Below, one piece after another: positions 49,006 through 61,700 of a stretch of 64,000 bases of DNA. A program made the position numbers and the translations under genes. Positions within the stretch are counted from its first letter, which is position 1, and every line of letters begins with the position of its first letter. The notes below the pieces were generated by a model. That model saw only the letters and a program-made list of their open reading frames with translations, did no database searches and was not told where the DNA came from. Location: positions 15,066,001-15,130,000 of the forward strand of contig OZ024751.1 in NCBI GenBank assembly GCA_964016885.1. The letters run 5' to 3'. This DNA is from Eledone cirrhosa. Lineage: Eukaryota.

Positions 49006-50210
49006 TCATCATCATCATCATCGTTTTACGTCCGTTCTTCCATGCTAGCATGGGTTAGCCGGGTTGTCCTGTTGTGGGCAGTGTCTGGTCGGCTGACCAT
49101 GCCTTGCTCATACAGGAACTGATTTGGCTTGATTTCTACAGCTGGATGCCCTTCCTAACACCAACCTCATTTACAGTGAGTGATGGGTGCTTTTTTCCGT
49201 GGTGCCTACACGTCCACTTTACAGTGTGGGCTGGGCGCTTTTCTGCCGTGGCACCTCCACAGTGGGAGGGCGTGAGGGGCATATTGTCTATATGCTTCAG
49301 CTTGTACCCATGGGAGGTCGGGTACTCTGTATTACTGCGTGATGCCAGAGGTCACGGTCGTGTGTCATCGCCTTTGAGAGGTGTAATTGGGTAAGGTCGG
49401 CTTTTATCACCTCATCCCAGGTCTTCTTGGGTTTCCCCACTCCGCGGTTTTCATTGACTTCTAGTGCTCTGCACCTTTTTATGCAGCTGTCATCCTTCAT
49501 ATGCATCACATGTCCATACCAACGCAACCGCCTCTCCTGCACACAGCATTTGATTCCTCTTATGCTCAGTCTCTCTCTCTCAATTCATTTATGCTTTGCC
49601 GTTCGCGTATATTACTATTACACATCTATCGGAGCATGCAGGCTTCGTTTCTTTCTAATCTACGTAAGTCTTCCACCTTCAGCGCCCAGGTCTCACTACC
49701 ATGTAACATTGCTGTTCGGATACACACATCATACAGTCTGCCTTTCATTTTGAGGGAGAAGCCTTTTGCAGCTAGCAGTGGCAGTAGTTCCCTGAAGTTC
49801 TTCCATCCCGTTCTTACTCTAGTTATTGTACTTTCTGAACACCTACCTCCGCTGCTAATTCGGGCATCCGGTCTTAAACTCCTCCGTTATTGCCTGCAGG
49901 ACTATGATGAACAGGAGAGGGCAAAGAACAGAGCCCTGGTGGACACCAACCTGTACGCTAAATTCCTCGCTATACTCATTGCTAATCCTAACTTTGCTGA
50001 CTGCTCCCCTATACATTGCTTGTACAGCTTTCACAAGCCATTCATCTACTCCTAGTTTTCTAAGAGCCCACCAGATTATAGCACGTGGAACTCTGTCAAA
50101 GGCTTTCTCGAGATCGACGAATGCCAGGTATAGTGGCTTACTTTTAGCTAGGTACTTTTCCTGTAACTTCCTCACAAGGAAGAGAGCATCAGTGGTGCCT
50201 CTTCCTGGTA
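49006..50210 (-). mobile_element. RTE LINE, 5'-truncated with an internal deletion
   Basis: PLYLAFVDLEKAFDRVPR...GVHQGSVL; near-identical to 62570-64000 except for a deletion at ~49862. Confidence 0.95.
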
Positions 50211-51825
50211 CAATATATATATATATTATTATTATTATTAATATATATATATAATTTATTCTTTATCCTTATAATCATGTATAATTATTTTAAATTTTAA
50301 AACAAGAATGTTTTATAGAGAAGGGCCTCAAATTTCATATAGCTTAGGGCCTCAGCAGGTGAAAATCTGGACCTACACACACACACACAGACATGCACAA
50401 TATATGCATACTTTTACAAACACAATTACGAGAGAGATAAACAAACACTGGAACAAAACTACACTCAAACACATTCTTTGTTAATCATAATGCCTCAATA
50501 CAAGTTATTGGACTCAGATAAATACACAATCAGAACAACAATTAGAAGTAATATGCTATTTATAAAGCAGTATATACATTATTTCCGCACTGTATGTCAA
50601 TCTTCAACCATACTGTGTAATTGAAGGAGTGTGCAAGGAGTTTTGATTATTATATTTATGTTTGACTCACTCTTATAGTTACAGTCCATCTAAATTGTTG
50701 ATTACAATTGTCCTGTTCACTAAATATAGGACAGCTACTTCTTAATATTTCAGAAAATTTAACAAACACATACATTTAACCTTTTAGCATTTAAACAAGC
50801 CACATCCGGCCAGAATTCTCTGACCTCTTTCTGTTCAAACCAGCTGTAGCCAGCTGTTCATGCTGATGTTAGGGTATTGTTCTCAAAATAAATAATATCA
50901 AAATATCATAGATTCAATATTATGTGAGAGAATTATGGCAGGTAATGCCTTTACCATGAAAATACAATAGTAAATACAGAGTAATGTAAATGCTAATGAG
51001 TTAACATAAAATTGAACAAACATACATTTCAGAAAATTTAACAAACATTAAAAAATAAGGATAATCAAATGTAAAAACAAAGATTTTCATTTAAGAAAGA
51101 ATATATTTGGAATTATATTACATAAAAAAAAAAGATATATATTTATAGTCATGGTGGTGTTAGTAAATATTAAGGCAGAACTAAATATATATTGAGAGTT
51201 TGACTTGACCAAAAAAATAATAGAGATTATATACATATGTAATTTAATATACATGCAAGGGGGCATATATATATATATATACACACACATAAATATATGC
51301 ACACATATACATACATATATAAATGTGGTTGGTGTTAGGAAGGGCATCCAGCTGTAGAAAACCTGGAGACATGGTCACTCGACCAATCTTGCATCAAGTG
51401 GGACAATTCCGCCTAACCCATGCTAGTGTAGAAGATGGACGTTAAACGATGATGATACATACACACATATATATACACAAACATATATATACACACATAC
51501 ATTAATAATACTGATACTTATTCTATTTTGGATATAAGTCTGACCCCTACTAGCAGAGAGAACAGACATTAAATGGTGATGATGATGATAAGGTCCTGGC
51601 ATTTAGATTAGATTACATTATTTCAGCTCTACCTTGATCATATTGAGCACTGTCACTATTACATAAAGATATGTATATATATATAAAGTTGTATGATGTA
51701 TGTATCCTGGTTTTGAGAATGGATACACCATACCCCATGTGTTGTAAAAAAACGACTAAAAAGAGTTGGTATCAGGAATGGTATCTAGCTTAAAACAGCA
51801 TGGAAGGCAAGACGTAAGATAATAA

Positions 51826-51953
51826 CACACATGCAGATGCACACACACACACATATATACATACACATTATATACACACACGCACATATATATATACACA
51901 TTATATACACACACACACATATATATATATACACATTATATACACACACACAC

Positions 51954-51998
<45 letters not shown>

Positions 51999-52105
51999 CA
52001 CACACACATATATATATATACACACACACATATATATATATACACACACACATATATATATATACACACACACATATATATATACACACACACACATATA
52101 TATAT

Positions 52106-52163
<58 letters not shown>
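51826..52163. repeat. Compound (CA)n/(TA)n microsatellite
   Basis: Alternating CA and TA runs. Confidence 0.95.
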
Positions 52164-52167
<4 letters not shown>

Positions 52168-52413
52168 CATATCAGCATCATTGTTTTACATCTATTTTCC
52201 AAATTTGCATGGGTTGGACTGGTTATCATCTGAGGTCAGATGACCAATGTCACACTCATACGTTCCATTTTAGCAAGGATTCTACGGCAGGATACCCTTC
52301 CTAATGCCAACCACTTTATGGTATATAACTGGTTCATTTTCTCCTGGCAATACCATGATATCCACCTGAGGGGTGGAGAGCGTGTTTTTTTACATGGTAC
52401 CAGCAGTACAACT

Positions 52414-52451
<38 letters not shown>

Positions 52452-52504
52452 ATTAAATAATAAAAAAAAATAGAGAGAGAGAGAGAGAGATTTAATATAG
52501 AAAA

Positions 52505-52556
52505 GGCTTCTACAGGACTAGAACCGTTTCATTCGTATGAAATCATCAGGAATGCC
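52505..52556 (-). ncRNA. Minimal type I hammerhead-ribozyme-like motif (Penelope-like element remnant)
   Basis: Minus strand GGCATTC-CUGAUGA-U.UUC.AUAC.GAA.U-GAAA-CGG.UUCUAGUC.CUG-UA-GAAGCC: core boxes plus stems I, II and III. Activity is unproven. Confidence 0.55.
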
Positions 52557-53089
52557 AGTTGGGTACCTTAATTATTGTGGTTACTCCCAATTCTACACGG
52601 CATCAACATCATACATACATACATATATATACATATATACATACATACATATATACACATATATATATATATATATTGATATATAGATAGATATTTATAA
52701 AGGCCAACATGACTTCATTTAAACCTCTGGAAGAATTTCATAGGTTCATTTGTGTCTTGATGGGGAGGGGAGCAGAAAGGGAGATAAGTTGGGTATGGAC
52801 AAAATATTGTTAAACAAAAATAATACAAGTGTGGAAGTTTAGAAAACAACATTGTACAATAACAATACAAGTAGTAGTAGTAGTGTTAATAGTAATAGTA
52901 GTAGTAGTTGATAAGAATAGAATGGAATGAAATGGAATAGTGATTAGATGAATTTAGGTGGTTTTGATAATATTGATGTTGGCAGTGGCAGCACTGATAG
53001 TGGTATTGTTTGTTGTTGTTTAGCCCCAGGTCAGACATGACTGAGCAAACCTATGATAGAAAAAGCTATCCAACTATGACGATTCACCT

Positions 53090-53120
<31 letters not shown>

Positions 53121-54619
53121 CTTGGACTACATTGTCCATTGTGTCTTTTCTTTTTTTAAGACAGTAGGGTGTGATGTGAGGAAGATTTGACTGCTATTTC
53201 TAACTGGCCAAGCAACCACATACATTCTCCTATTAGATGATTGTGATGATTGTGATGGTATTGGTGTAGTCCAGCTGATGGTGATGGTGACTACAATGGT
53301 GTTGGTGGAGTGGTATAGGTAGTGGTGTTAGTGGTAGTAGGAGGTTTTTGTGAAGCAGAGGAAATCTTAAGAAATTACCATCTCTTCCAAAACATGTTCG
53401 CACAAGAAGTTGCCAAGACCCGGCTTTAGAGTTTGACATGGGGTCATGTTGTTGAATGATCCCCAAAAACATTTGATGCCAGCACACAGCTGCTATCAAG
53501 TAGCAACATCAAGAATGGCTTGAGGATGACTAACATTGGACAGTCCGACAGGCCTCATCGTAGTGTGTACACTAACAATAGCGTAGTAGAGTGAAACAGT
53601 CTTATTGATTCGACAAGATATTTGGACAGTCAGAGTATATACATACATAGCACTGCAGAAGGTTAGTACTGCATCAGATACATACACACATATATAGCTT
53701 TCTGGCAGAATATCATACATACATACATACACCAAAGTACACAACAACAACAACAACCACTTGTTTACTAATAAAGAGAAAAAGCATCAAAGTGATTAAC
53801 CAACCTGCTAGAAGCAACAGTCACATTTCCCTCAAATCATACCCTACCATTTTAAATCTGAGAGCCAGTGCAGTTTTTGGTACTTTACTGTCCCAACCCA
53901 GAATTAAATGCTAATTTTCGCATTTACCCCCACCTCCGAAGGGGGGGGGGGGGGGATTTGCTAAAAATAAAAAAAATTTAAAAAAGATATTTTGATCAAA
54001 TTTACTTTATTTTTATCTGAAGTTGTCCTTCAAAAACTAAACTTAAATGTACCAGTATATACTGTTATGTCTTTCACCTCCCACACCCTGTGGGAGGTGA
54101 AAAACAAGTGTTTTTTGGCACTCAGAGTTAAACAGACACACATTGGATAATGCAGTCTATGGTACAGGATATTTGGAGAAAAAGAAAATGAAAAAACCTG
54201 ATGGGGTGGTCATGGTTAGAATGCCTTATATCATTGTAGGTCTGCTCGATATCAGGGCTGACCTGGAAACTTGGAAACTAAGCAACAACAGTTATTTATT
54301 ATTAAACTTTAATAAATAATGAATATTTGAACAAAATGTATTACTGTCTATCTCTGGTCTAACATCACATGAAATATAAAGTCACATCTATCTATAAGCA
54401 CGTAGACTAGCATTATTGATATCAATACTAAATTTATCAGCACAGAAACCGAATTTCAGCAGAAAATATCTAAACACAAACATTAAATTTAAACAGTTTT
54501 AAATGTGAATCAATATAATTTTTCCCAATATGTTATTGTAGAGATTTTATTGAATTTTCTCCCTCAAAATTCTGTTGTTATTCACAACAATAAATATTTT
54601 GAAGACTAATATTTATTTC

Positions 54620-55353
54620 TAAGTAGCTGGCCCGTCCGGCTGGCACAAGGCTACCATTGGCATGTTCTACGGCATCTAGATATAGTTGACGTACCTAGCT
54701 TCGCTTGGATAAACAGACGATAAGCTGTGTAGTATAGTATTACTGTTGAAAATGTATAGTATAGTATAACTGTTGAAAATGTATAGTATAGTATTACAGT
54801 TGAAAATGTATAGTATAGTATTACTGTTGAAAATATATAGTATAGTATTACTGTTGAAAATATATAGTACAGTATTACTGTTGAAAGTATATAGTACAGT
54901 ATTACTGTTGAAAGTATATAGTACATACAGTATTACTGTTGAAAATATGTACACGAATATATAATTATATATATACCATTTTTTTTTATTTTACGTCCGT
55001 TATATATATATAATTAATTAAAAGTTGGTTAGAAGTGAAGTCAATGCAGACAGGCAGACATACAGACATTATAAGGGTGCGACGTTATAGCTATGTATCT
55101 ATCTAAAAAGACAGACTAAGAAAGAGAGAGAACGCTAACCGGAAGTGTTGACATTTGAAAATTTTAAAGAAGTGAATATTTAAATAAGCAATAAAATATC
55201 TTTAATCTTTTAACTAAATTTAGTAGACAAAAATACCCTCACTTTCTTACTTGGAAAAAGTTACATCTATGGTGCAAATTTGGTGCTGTTTAGTCCAGCC
55301 GTAGGCGAAAAGTTTGTTACATACATACGGCCGTCAGCTTTATAATATAGATT
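54620..55353 (+). mobile_element. Helitron/Helentron-associated (HINE/Lep1-like) non-autonomous element with an internal ~27-bp tandem repeat (54727-54950)
   Basis: 5' TAGCTGGCCCG/TAGTTGACGTACC..CTTCGCT heads; 3' AAATTTGGT..TCCAGCCGT..(ACAT)n..CTTTATAATATAGATT end. Resemblance is from memory. Confidence 0.5.
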
Positions 55354-56524
55354 ATGCATGAATGAAAGACAGAAAATGTAGACAACAAAGGAATGGCAGT
55401 ATTTATTTGCTGGTACCCTGATGGCAGCGAATTAGCAGAGTCGTTAAGACATCAGATAGAATGCTTTAAGGTATTCGTCCCACCTCATTGTGCACTTTGA
55501 GTTCAAATCCTGCCTTTCATCCTTTCGAGGTCAATAAAAAAAAAGTATTGGGGTCAATTCTTCCTCTATAGAAAAAAATCAGCTGTGTTCAGACCTGAAG
55601 AGGGTTGAACTCCACCAGGTCTAAAAGTGCCCTAGACATGACGGTGCCTCTACAACTCTATGAGGAGTTAGAAGATCTTTATCCTTTTGTCCTTTTACCC
55701 TAATAAAACACACCCAGTCCTCTCTGTAAAGTGACAGTGCTGGTGCCACAAAGTAATATACCAATATACCCTGTATAACGATTAGTGCTAGGGAGGACAT
55801 CCAGCCATAGAAACCATGCCAATTATGGAATGTAAAAACAAGACATGCCCACCTGATTGGTCTAGCTTCAGAACCTGACAATCTATCCAGCCCATGCTAA
55901 CTTGAAAAGTGGACGTAAATATGAGGAATATGATGATGATGACAGGCAAAGATGAAAAAATATTACAAAGACAAATTACAAAATTGGTTGGGGTTTACTT
56001 AGAATTGAGTATGAGAATCAACATGAAATGTCCTCATAGAAAACACATCCAATCAGGGGCCTCATCCAGGATTATTACCATTACTACTCACCCAGCTGTG
56101 TTCTCCAGTCTATATGGTACATACTGAGAGTAGACCTATACTACTTTCACCTTCATCTCAAAGGGAAACTTGAAGAGAAGAATTTGATAAGATTTGGACC
56201 CAAGAGAAAAATGTCTGTCCTTAGTCCTTCCAATTACAGCCATTATACAAGCTATTTGACCGTAATCACCAGATAGAAGAAAACTGTCCTTCCTGGCTAA
56301 AAGGCAACAGCAGTGATAATAATTGTTTCTACTTTTGGCAAAAGGCCAACAATTAATCAGTGTATTACTGGTACTTTATTTTATCGACTCCATAAGGATG
56401 AAAGGCAAAGTTAACCTTGGCGGGATTTGAACTCAGTCCGTAAAGGGACGTAACTGTGCTGCAAAGCATGGCGTCCGACCCTCTACCGCTGTGATAATAA
56501 TAATAATACTCATCATCATTTAAC

Positions 56525-56860
56525 TGGGTGCTTTTTGTAAGTGATACCTACACAACCACTTTACAGTGTGGACTGCGCACATTTTGTTGTGACACTTACA
56601 CAACCACTTTACAGTGTGGATTGGGCACTTTTTATGACACCTACACAATCACTTTATAGTGTAGACTGGGCACTTTTTGTCATGACACCTACACAACCAC
56701 ATTAGAGTGTGGGCTGGGTGGTTTTTGTTGTGTCCCCAACATGAACACTTTACAGTGTGGACTGAGCACTTTTTATCCTGACACCTACATGACCACTTTA
56801 TAGTGTGGGCTGGTAGCTTATTGTCGTGGAATCAAGATGGTCGCTTTATGGTGTGGATTG
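56525..56860 (-). repeat. ~43-bp RTE-3'UTR-derived tandem array; a similar array lies at 38147-38350
   Basis: GACACCTACACAACCACTTTACAGTGTGGACTGGGCACTTTT units, ~7-8 copies. Confidence 0.85.
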
Positions 56861-57107
56861 GAGACTTGGAGGGGGGTGCATGGGGAATTGGGGAAGTAGA
56901 TAAAGGGGTGGGATGATTATGTGGAGGGATGGGTGGCAGGAAGGAAGATGGTGCACACTAGATGTATGTCTCAGCTCCTGCATATGAGAAGGAATGTTAA
57001 CTAGTTTCTATCATAAACTTATATTATGTTATGTTATAATACAATAGTGACATTGTGTATGCTATTAGCTGCAATAAAGAGCTCCTCTAAACAATACTTT
57101 AGAGTTA

Positions 57108-58725
57108 TTGTAATGGTAATGAAATTAGTGCTGTAGTGGTGGTAATGAAATTAGTGCTGTAGTGGTGGTAATGAAATTAGTGCTGTAGTGGTGGTAATGA
57201 AATTAGTGCTGTAGTGGTGGTAATGAAATTAGTGCTGTAGTGGTGGTAATGAAATTAGTGCTGTAGTGGTGGTAATGAAATTAGTGCTGTAGTGGTGGTA
57301 ATGAAATTAGTGCTGTAGTGGTGGTAATGAAATTAGTGCTGTAGTGGTGGTAATGAAATTAGTGCTGTAGTGGTGGTAATGAAATTAGTGCTGTAGTGGT
57401 GGTAGTGAAATTAGTGCTGTAGTGGTGGTAATGAAATTAGTGCTGTAGTGGTGGTAATGAAATTAGTGCTGTAGTGGTGGTAATGAAATTAGTGCTGTAG
57501 TGGTGGTAGTGAAATTAGTGCTGTAGTGGTGGTAATGAAATTAGTGCTGTAGTGGTGGTAATGAAATTAGTGCTGTAGTGGTGGTAATGAAATTAGTGCT
57601 GTAGTGGTGGTAATGAAATTAGTGCTGTAGTGGTGGTAATGAAATTAGTGCTGTAGTGGTGGTAATGAAATTAGTGCTGTAGTGGTGGTAATGAAATTAG
57701 TGCTGTAGTGGTGGTAGTGAAATTAGTGCTGTAGTGGTGGTAATGAAATTAGTGCTGTAGTGGTGGTAATGAAATTAGTGCTGTAGTGGTGGTAATGAAA
57801 TTAGTGCTGTAGTGGTGGTAGTGAAATTAGTGCTGTAGTGGTGGTAATGAAATTAGTGCTGTAGTGGTGGTAATGAAATTAGTGCTGTAGTGGTGGTAGT
57901 GAAATTAGTGCTGTAGTGGTGGTAGTGAAATTAGTGCTGTAGTGGTGGTAATGAAATTAGTGCTGTAGTGGTGGTAATGAAATTAGTGCTGTAGTGGTGG
58001 TAATGAAGTTAGTGCTGTAGTGGTGGTAGTGAAATTAGTGCTGTAGTGGTGGTAGTGAAATTAGTGCTGTAGTGGTGGTAATGAAATTAGTGCTGTAGTG
58101 GTGGTAGTGAAATTAGTGCTGTGGTGGTGGTCGTGAAATTAGTGCCGTGGTGGTGGTAGTGAAATTAGTGCCGTAGTGGTGGTAGTGAAATTAGTGCTGT
58201 GGTGGTGGTCGTGAAATTAGTGCTGTGGTGGTGGTCGTGAAATTAGTGCCGTGGTGGTGGTAGTGAAATTAGTGCCGTGGTGGTGGTAATGAAATTAGTG
58301 CCGTGGTGGTGGTAATGAAATTAGTGCTGTAGTGGTGGTAGTGAAATTAGTGCTGTGGTGGTGGTAGTGAAATTAGTGCTGTAGTGGTGGTAATGAAATT
58401 AGTGCTGTGGTGGTGGTCGTGAAATTAGTGCCGTGGTGGTGGTAGTGAAATTAGTGCCGTGGTGGTGGTAATGAAATTAGTGCAGTGGTGGTGGTAATGA
58501 AATTAGTGCAGTGGTGGTGGTAATGAAATTAGTGCAGTGGTGGTGGTGGTGGTAATGATATTAGTGCTGTGGTGGTGGTGGTGGTAATGATATTAGTGCT
58601 GTGGTGGTGGTGGTAGTGAAATTAGTGCAGTGGTGGTGGTAATGATATTAGTGCTGTGGTGGTGGTGGTGGTAATGATATTAGTGCTGTGGTGGTGGTGG
58701 TAGTGAAATTAGTGCTGTGGTGATG
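57108..58725. repeat. 26-bp minisatellite, ~60 units
   Basis: GGTAATGAAATTAGTGCTGTAGTGGT repeated, with variants accumulating toward the right end. Confidence 0.97.
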
Positions 58726-61700
58726 GTTTTCATCATCATCATTTTACGTCTGCTTTTCCCTGCTTGCACGGGTGGGACGGGAACCGATTCTGGCTTGATT
58801 TCTACAGTTGGATGCCCTTCCTAACACCAACCTCATTTACAGTGAGTGATGGGTGCTTTTTTCCCCATGGTGCCTACACTTTCACTTTACAGTGTGGGCT
58901 GGGTGCTTTTTTGCCGTGACACCTACACGACCACTTTGCCGTGGAATGATATGGACCCCAGTCCCTATCATCTCATTTCTACAGCTGAGTAAACTGGAGC
59001 AATGTGAAATATAGTGTCTTGCTCAAGGAAACAACACATCACCCGGTCTGAGAATTGAACTCACAACCTTTCGATTGCAAGGCCAATGCTCTAACTACTA
59101 AGCTATGTGCCTCCATAAGAAGGTGGTGGTAATGATATTAGTGATGTAGAGTTGGAGGTCGTGATGGTAGTGGTGGTGGTAGTAATGATAGTGCTGTGGT
59201 GATGGCAGTGATGGTGGTGGGGGTGGTGGTGATAATGAAACTATTGGTGACCAGTTTATCAGTCATGTGCCAAGTAAACAATTAAGCTGGTGTCACAACT
59301 TCTTCCTGTATACAATCAATCAATCAATTTATTTATTTCAGTCAAGGTTACACTGGTTGTAAAACAATTGATGAAGTCCTGTTAGCAAGGACGGCTCTCT
59401 CTCTCTCACATGACCGGCATATGACTAACAAGGGAATGAATAAACAAAAATGAAGGCAGAGATTATCAAAATAAAATTCCAGATATCAACTAACCAGCCC
59501 CTCTCTCTCTCTCTCTGTGTGTGTATATATAAATATGTGTGTGTCTGTATATAAATGTGTGTGTAGTGTAAATGTGGTTGGTGTTAAGAGGAGCATCCAG
59601 CTGTAAACCCCCCACCCCGCCAAATTTACTGTCTGGTCAGAGCAAGATACAGCGCGGTTAATCCTGGCCAGACTTGTCTCTCAACACGAATGACTGTCTG
59701 ATCCATGCAAGCCTGGAAAAATGGATATTAAACAGTGATGATGATGATGATGCTATATATATGTGTGTGTGTTCATGTTTGTGTTTACATGTGTGTGTAT
59801 GTGTGTATATATGTGTGTGAATGTGTCCATCTCCATGTTTGTGTGCGTTTATATCCCATAACTTAGCAGTTTGACAAAAAGAATAAGAGATCAATAAAAT
59901 AAGTACCAGACTTGAAAAGATAAGTATTGGAATTGATATGAATGACTAAATCAAAGCAGTGCCCCAGAATGGCCACCGTCTACTGACTGAAACAAAACAA
60001 TAAAAGTATATAACAAATCCATCTTACTGCACCATAAAAGTTGGCATTATTGACCGTTTTATTAATGTTAACAATTAATTCCTCAACTATTTATATCGTA
60101 ATAGCTTTTACAAATACATTTTATCTTGACACGAGCCACACTTGAGGTATGCAGATAAGTATTGTGTTTTATCTCTAGATACATTTATAACATTATACTG
60201 AACTTCTTCCTCTCCTCCCTGTCCCCATGTATGTAGAGAGTGCTCTCTTTACAGCTGAGTCAATGCCCAACTACCTCTTTAGAGCTGGTGCCATGAAAAA
60301 TGTATCCAACACAGACTGTAAGAAGGGCATTATGCTGCAGAAACCATGCCAAAAAGGGTCAAGAGGAAGCTTAAATTGTGTTAGTAGTGCAACAACCTCT
60401 TTAGTGTTGTTGGTGATCTACATGATAAATGCATCCACTACACTTAAAATGGTTGGTGATAGAAGGGCATCTAGCTGTAGAAAGTTTGCCAAATGAAGGG
60501 TCGAAATAACTCTTTAGTTGTGTCAAAAACACAACACCCTTCCAATGTTGGTGATCTACACAACAGTCAGTATACTCTGGTAAGTGGTTGGTGATAGGAA
60601 GAGCATCCAGCCTGAGAAAACTAGCTAAAAAAGGGCCAGGAAGACTCTTCAGTTGTGTCAAAGACATGACAACCTCCCTAGTGCTGGTATCATGATAAAA
60701 TGCCCTCTGTAAAACAGATATTTGAGCATAGGACAAAATGCCTTGTGGTATTTGTTCTAATTATGTAAACTAGAACAAATACTTCCCACCATGGGCAACT
60801 TTGCCTTTCATCTTCTCAGAGTTGATAAAGTACTAATCCAATGTAGTGAATTGATGGAATTCTTAGATCATCGGAAGAGATGCTTTGTGGTATTTCTTCC
60901 AGTTCTTTGTGATCTAATTTCAAATCTTACTTAAGTGGTAGACCCAGTTTGACACTGAAGCCCAGTTTAACACTATCATCTGGCCCTTATAAGCCTTTAT
61001 TTAAGTCCACTCTTTTGCAAGCATTCAGAAGAGGTATCTAAATTGAAAATTCCACCCTCCTTCCTTCCAACCAGTAAGGGAGGCCCTGCAAAAGAGCATG
61101 GACACTGCCCTACCCTTTGAAAGAACAATTGTTTTTAACCTTCTGGACACTACAGGCGCATTATGTCGCTGATAGAGTAATCTCCCTTTAATACATAATG
61201 CAGAGTCAAGGGAAGCAACTCATAAACATTTCTAGTATGTTAAAGGTTAATCACTGCACAATCTCGTTTATGGAAAGCAGTTTTTCACTAATAGTTTCCA
61301 ATCCAAATTCAAAGTATGTCTCAACCCAATTTAATCTACTTCCAGCAGTGTTACTAAAATTGTGTTAACTAAATCACCACAACGTTTCATACTTTATTTT
61401 CATTAATTATTACACTTAGAGATTAAACTATATTGATAAAATATTTATCAGTAGAGGAACCCAAAAATTTTAGTATTTATTCTTATCAACATTTTTATAT
61501 TTGAAAGGCAGTAGATCATTGGAATTAGAGCATTGGACAAAATATTTTAAACATAGTTTTCCTTTCTTTTTTAAGGAGGGCTGCAACTAAATGCTACAGT
61601 GAACCCAAATGATAGTGGTTTTGACTAAATTTCTTATCAATAACAATATAATAAAATGTTGTGGTTTGTTTGAAGCATTGTGTATAATATATTATATAAT

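Noticed and set aside
51785-52304. Cys/Val/Tyr/His-rich ORFs (also 47645-47939, 18964-19227, 54651-54964)
   Set aside because: They are microsatellite or minisatellite translations.
56085-56130. Candidate first exon of the tetraspanin (TGG|GTGAGT on the minus strand)
   Set aside because: The upstream sequence does not encode a Met-initiated TM1-like segment; exon 1 is probably beyond the window.
9118-56490. Apparent minus-strand bias of the ~190-bp SINE
   Set aside because: Several plus-strand relatives exist (~480, 23585, 24800, 28735, 28860, 40325, 55420), so the bias is not convincing in this sample.
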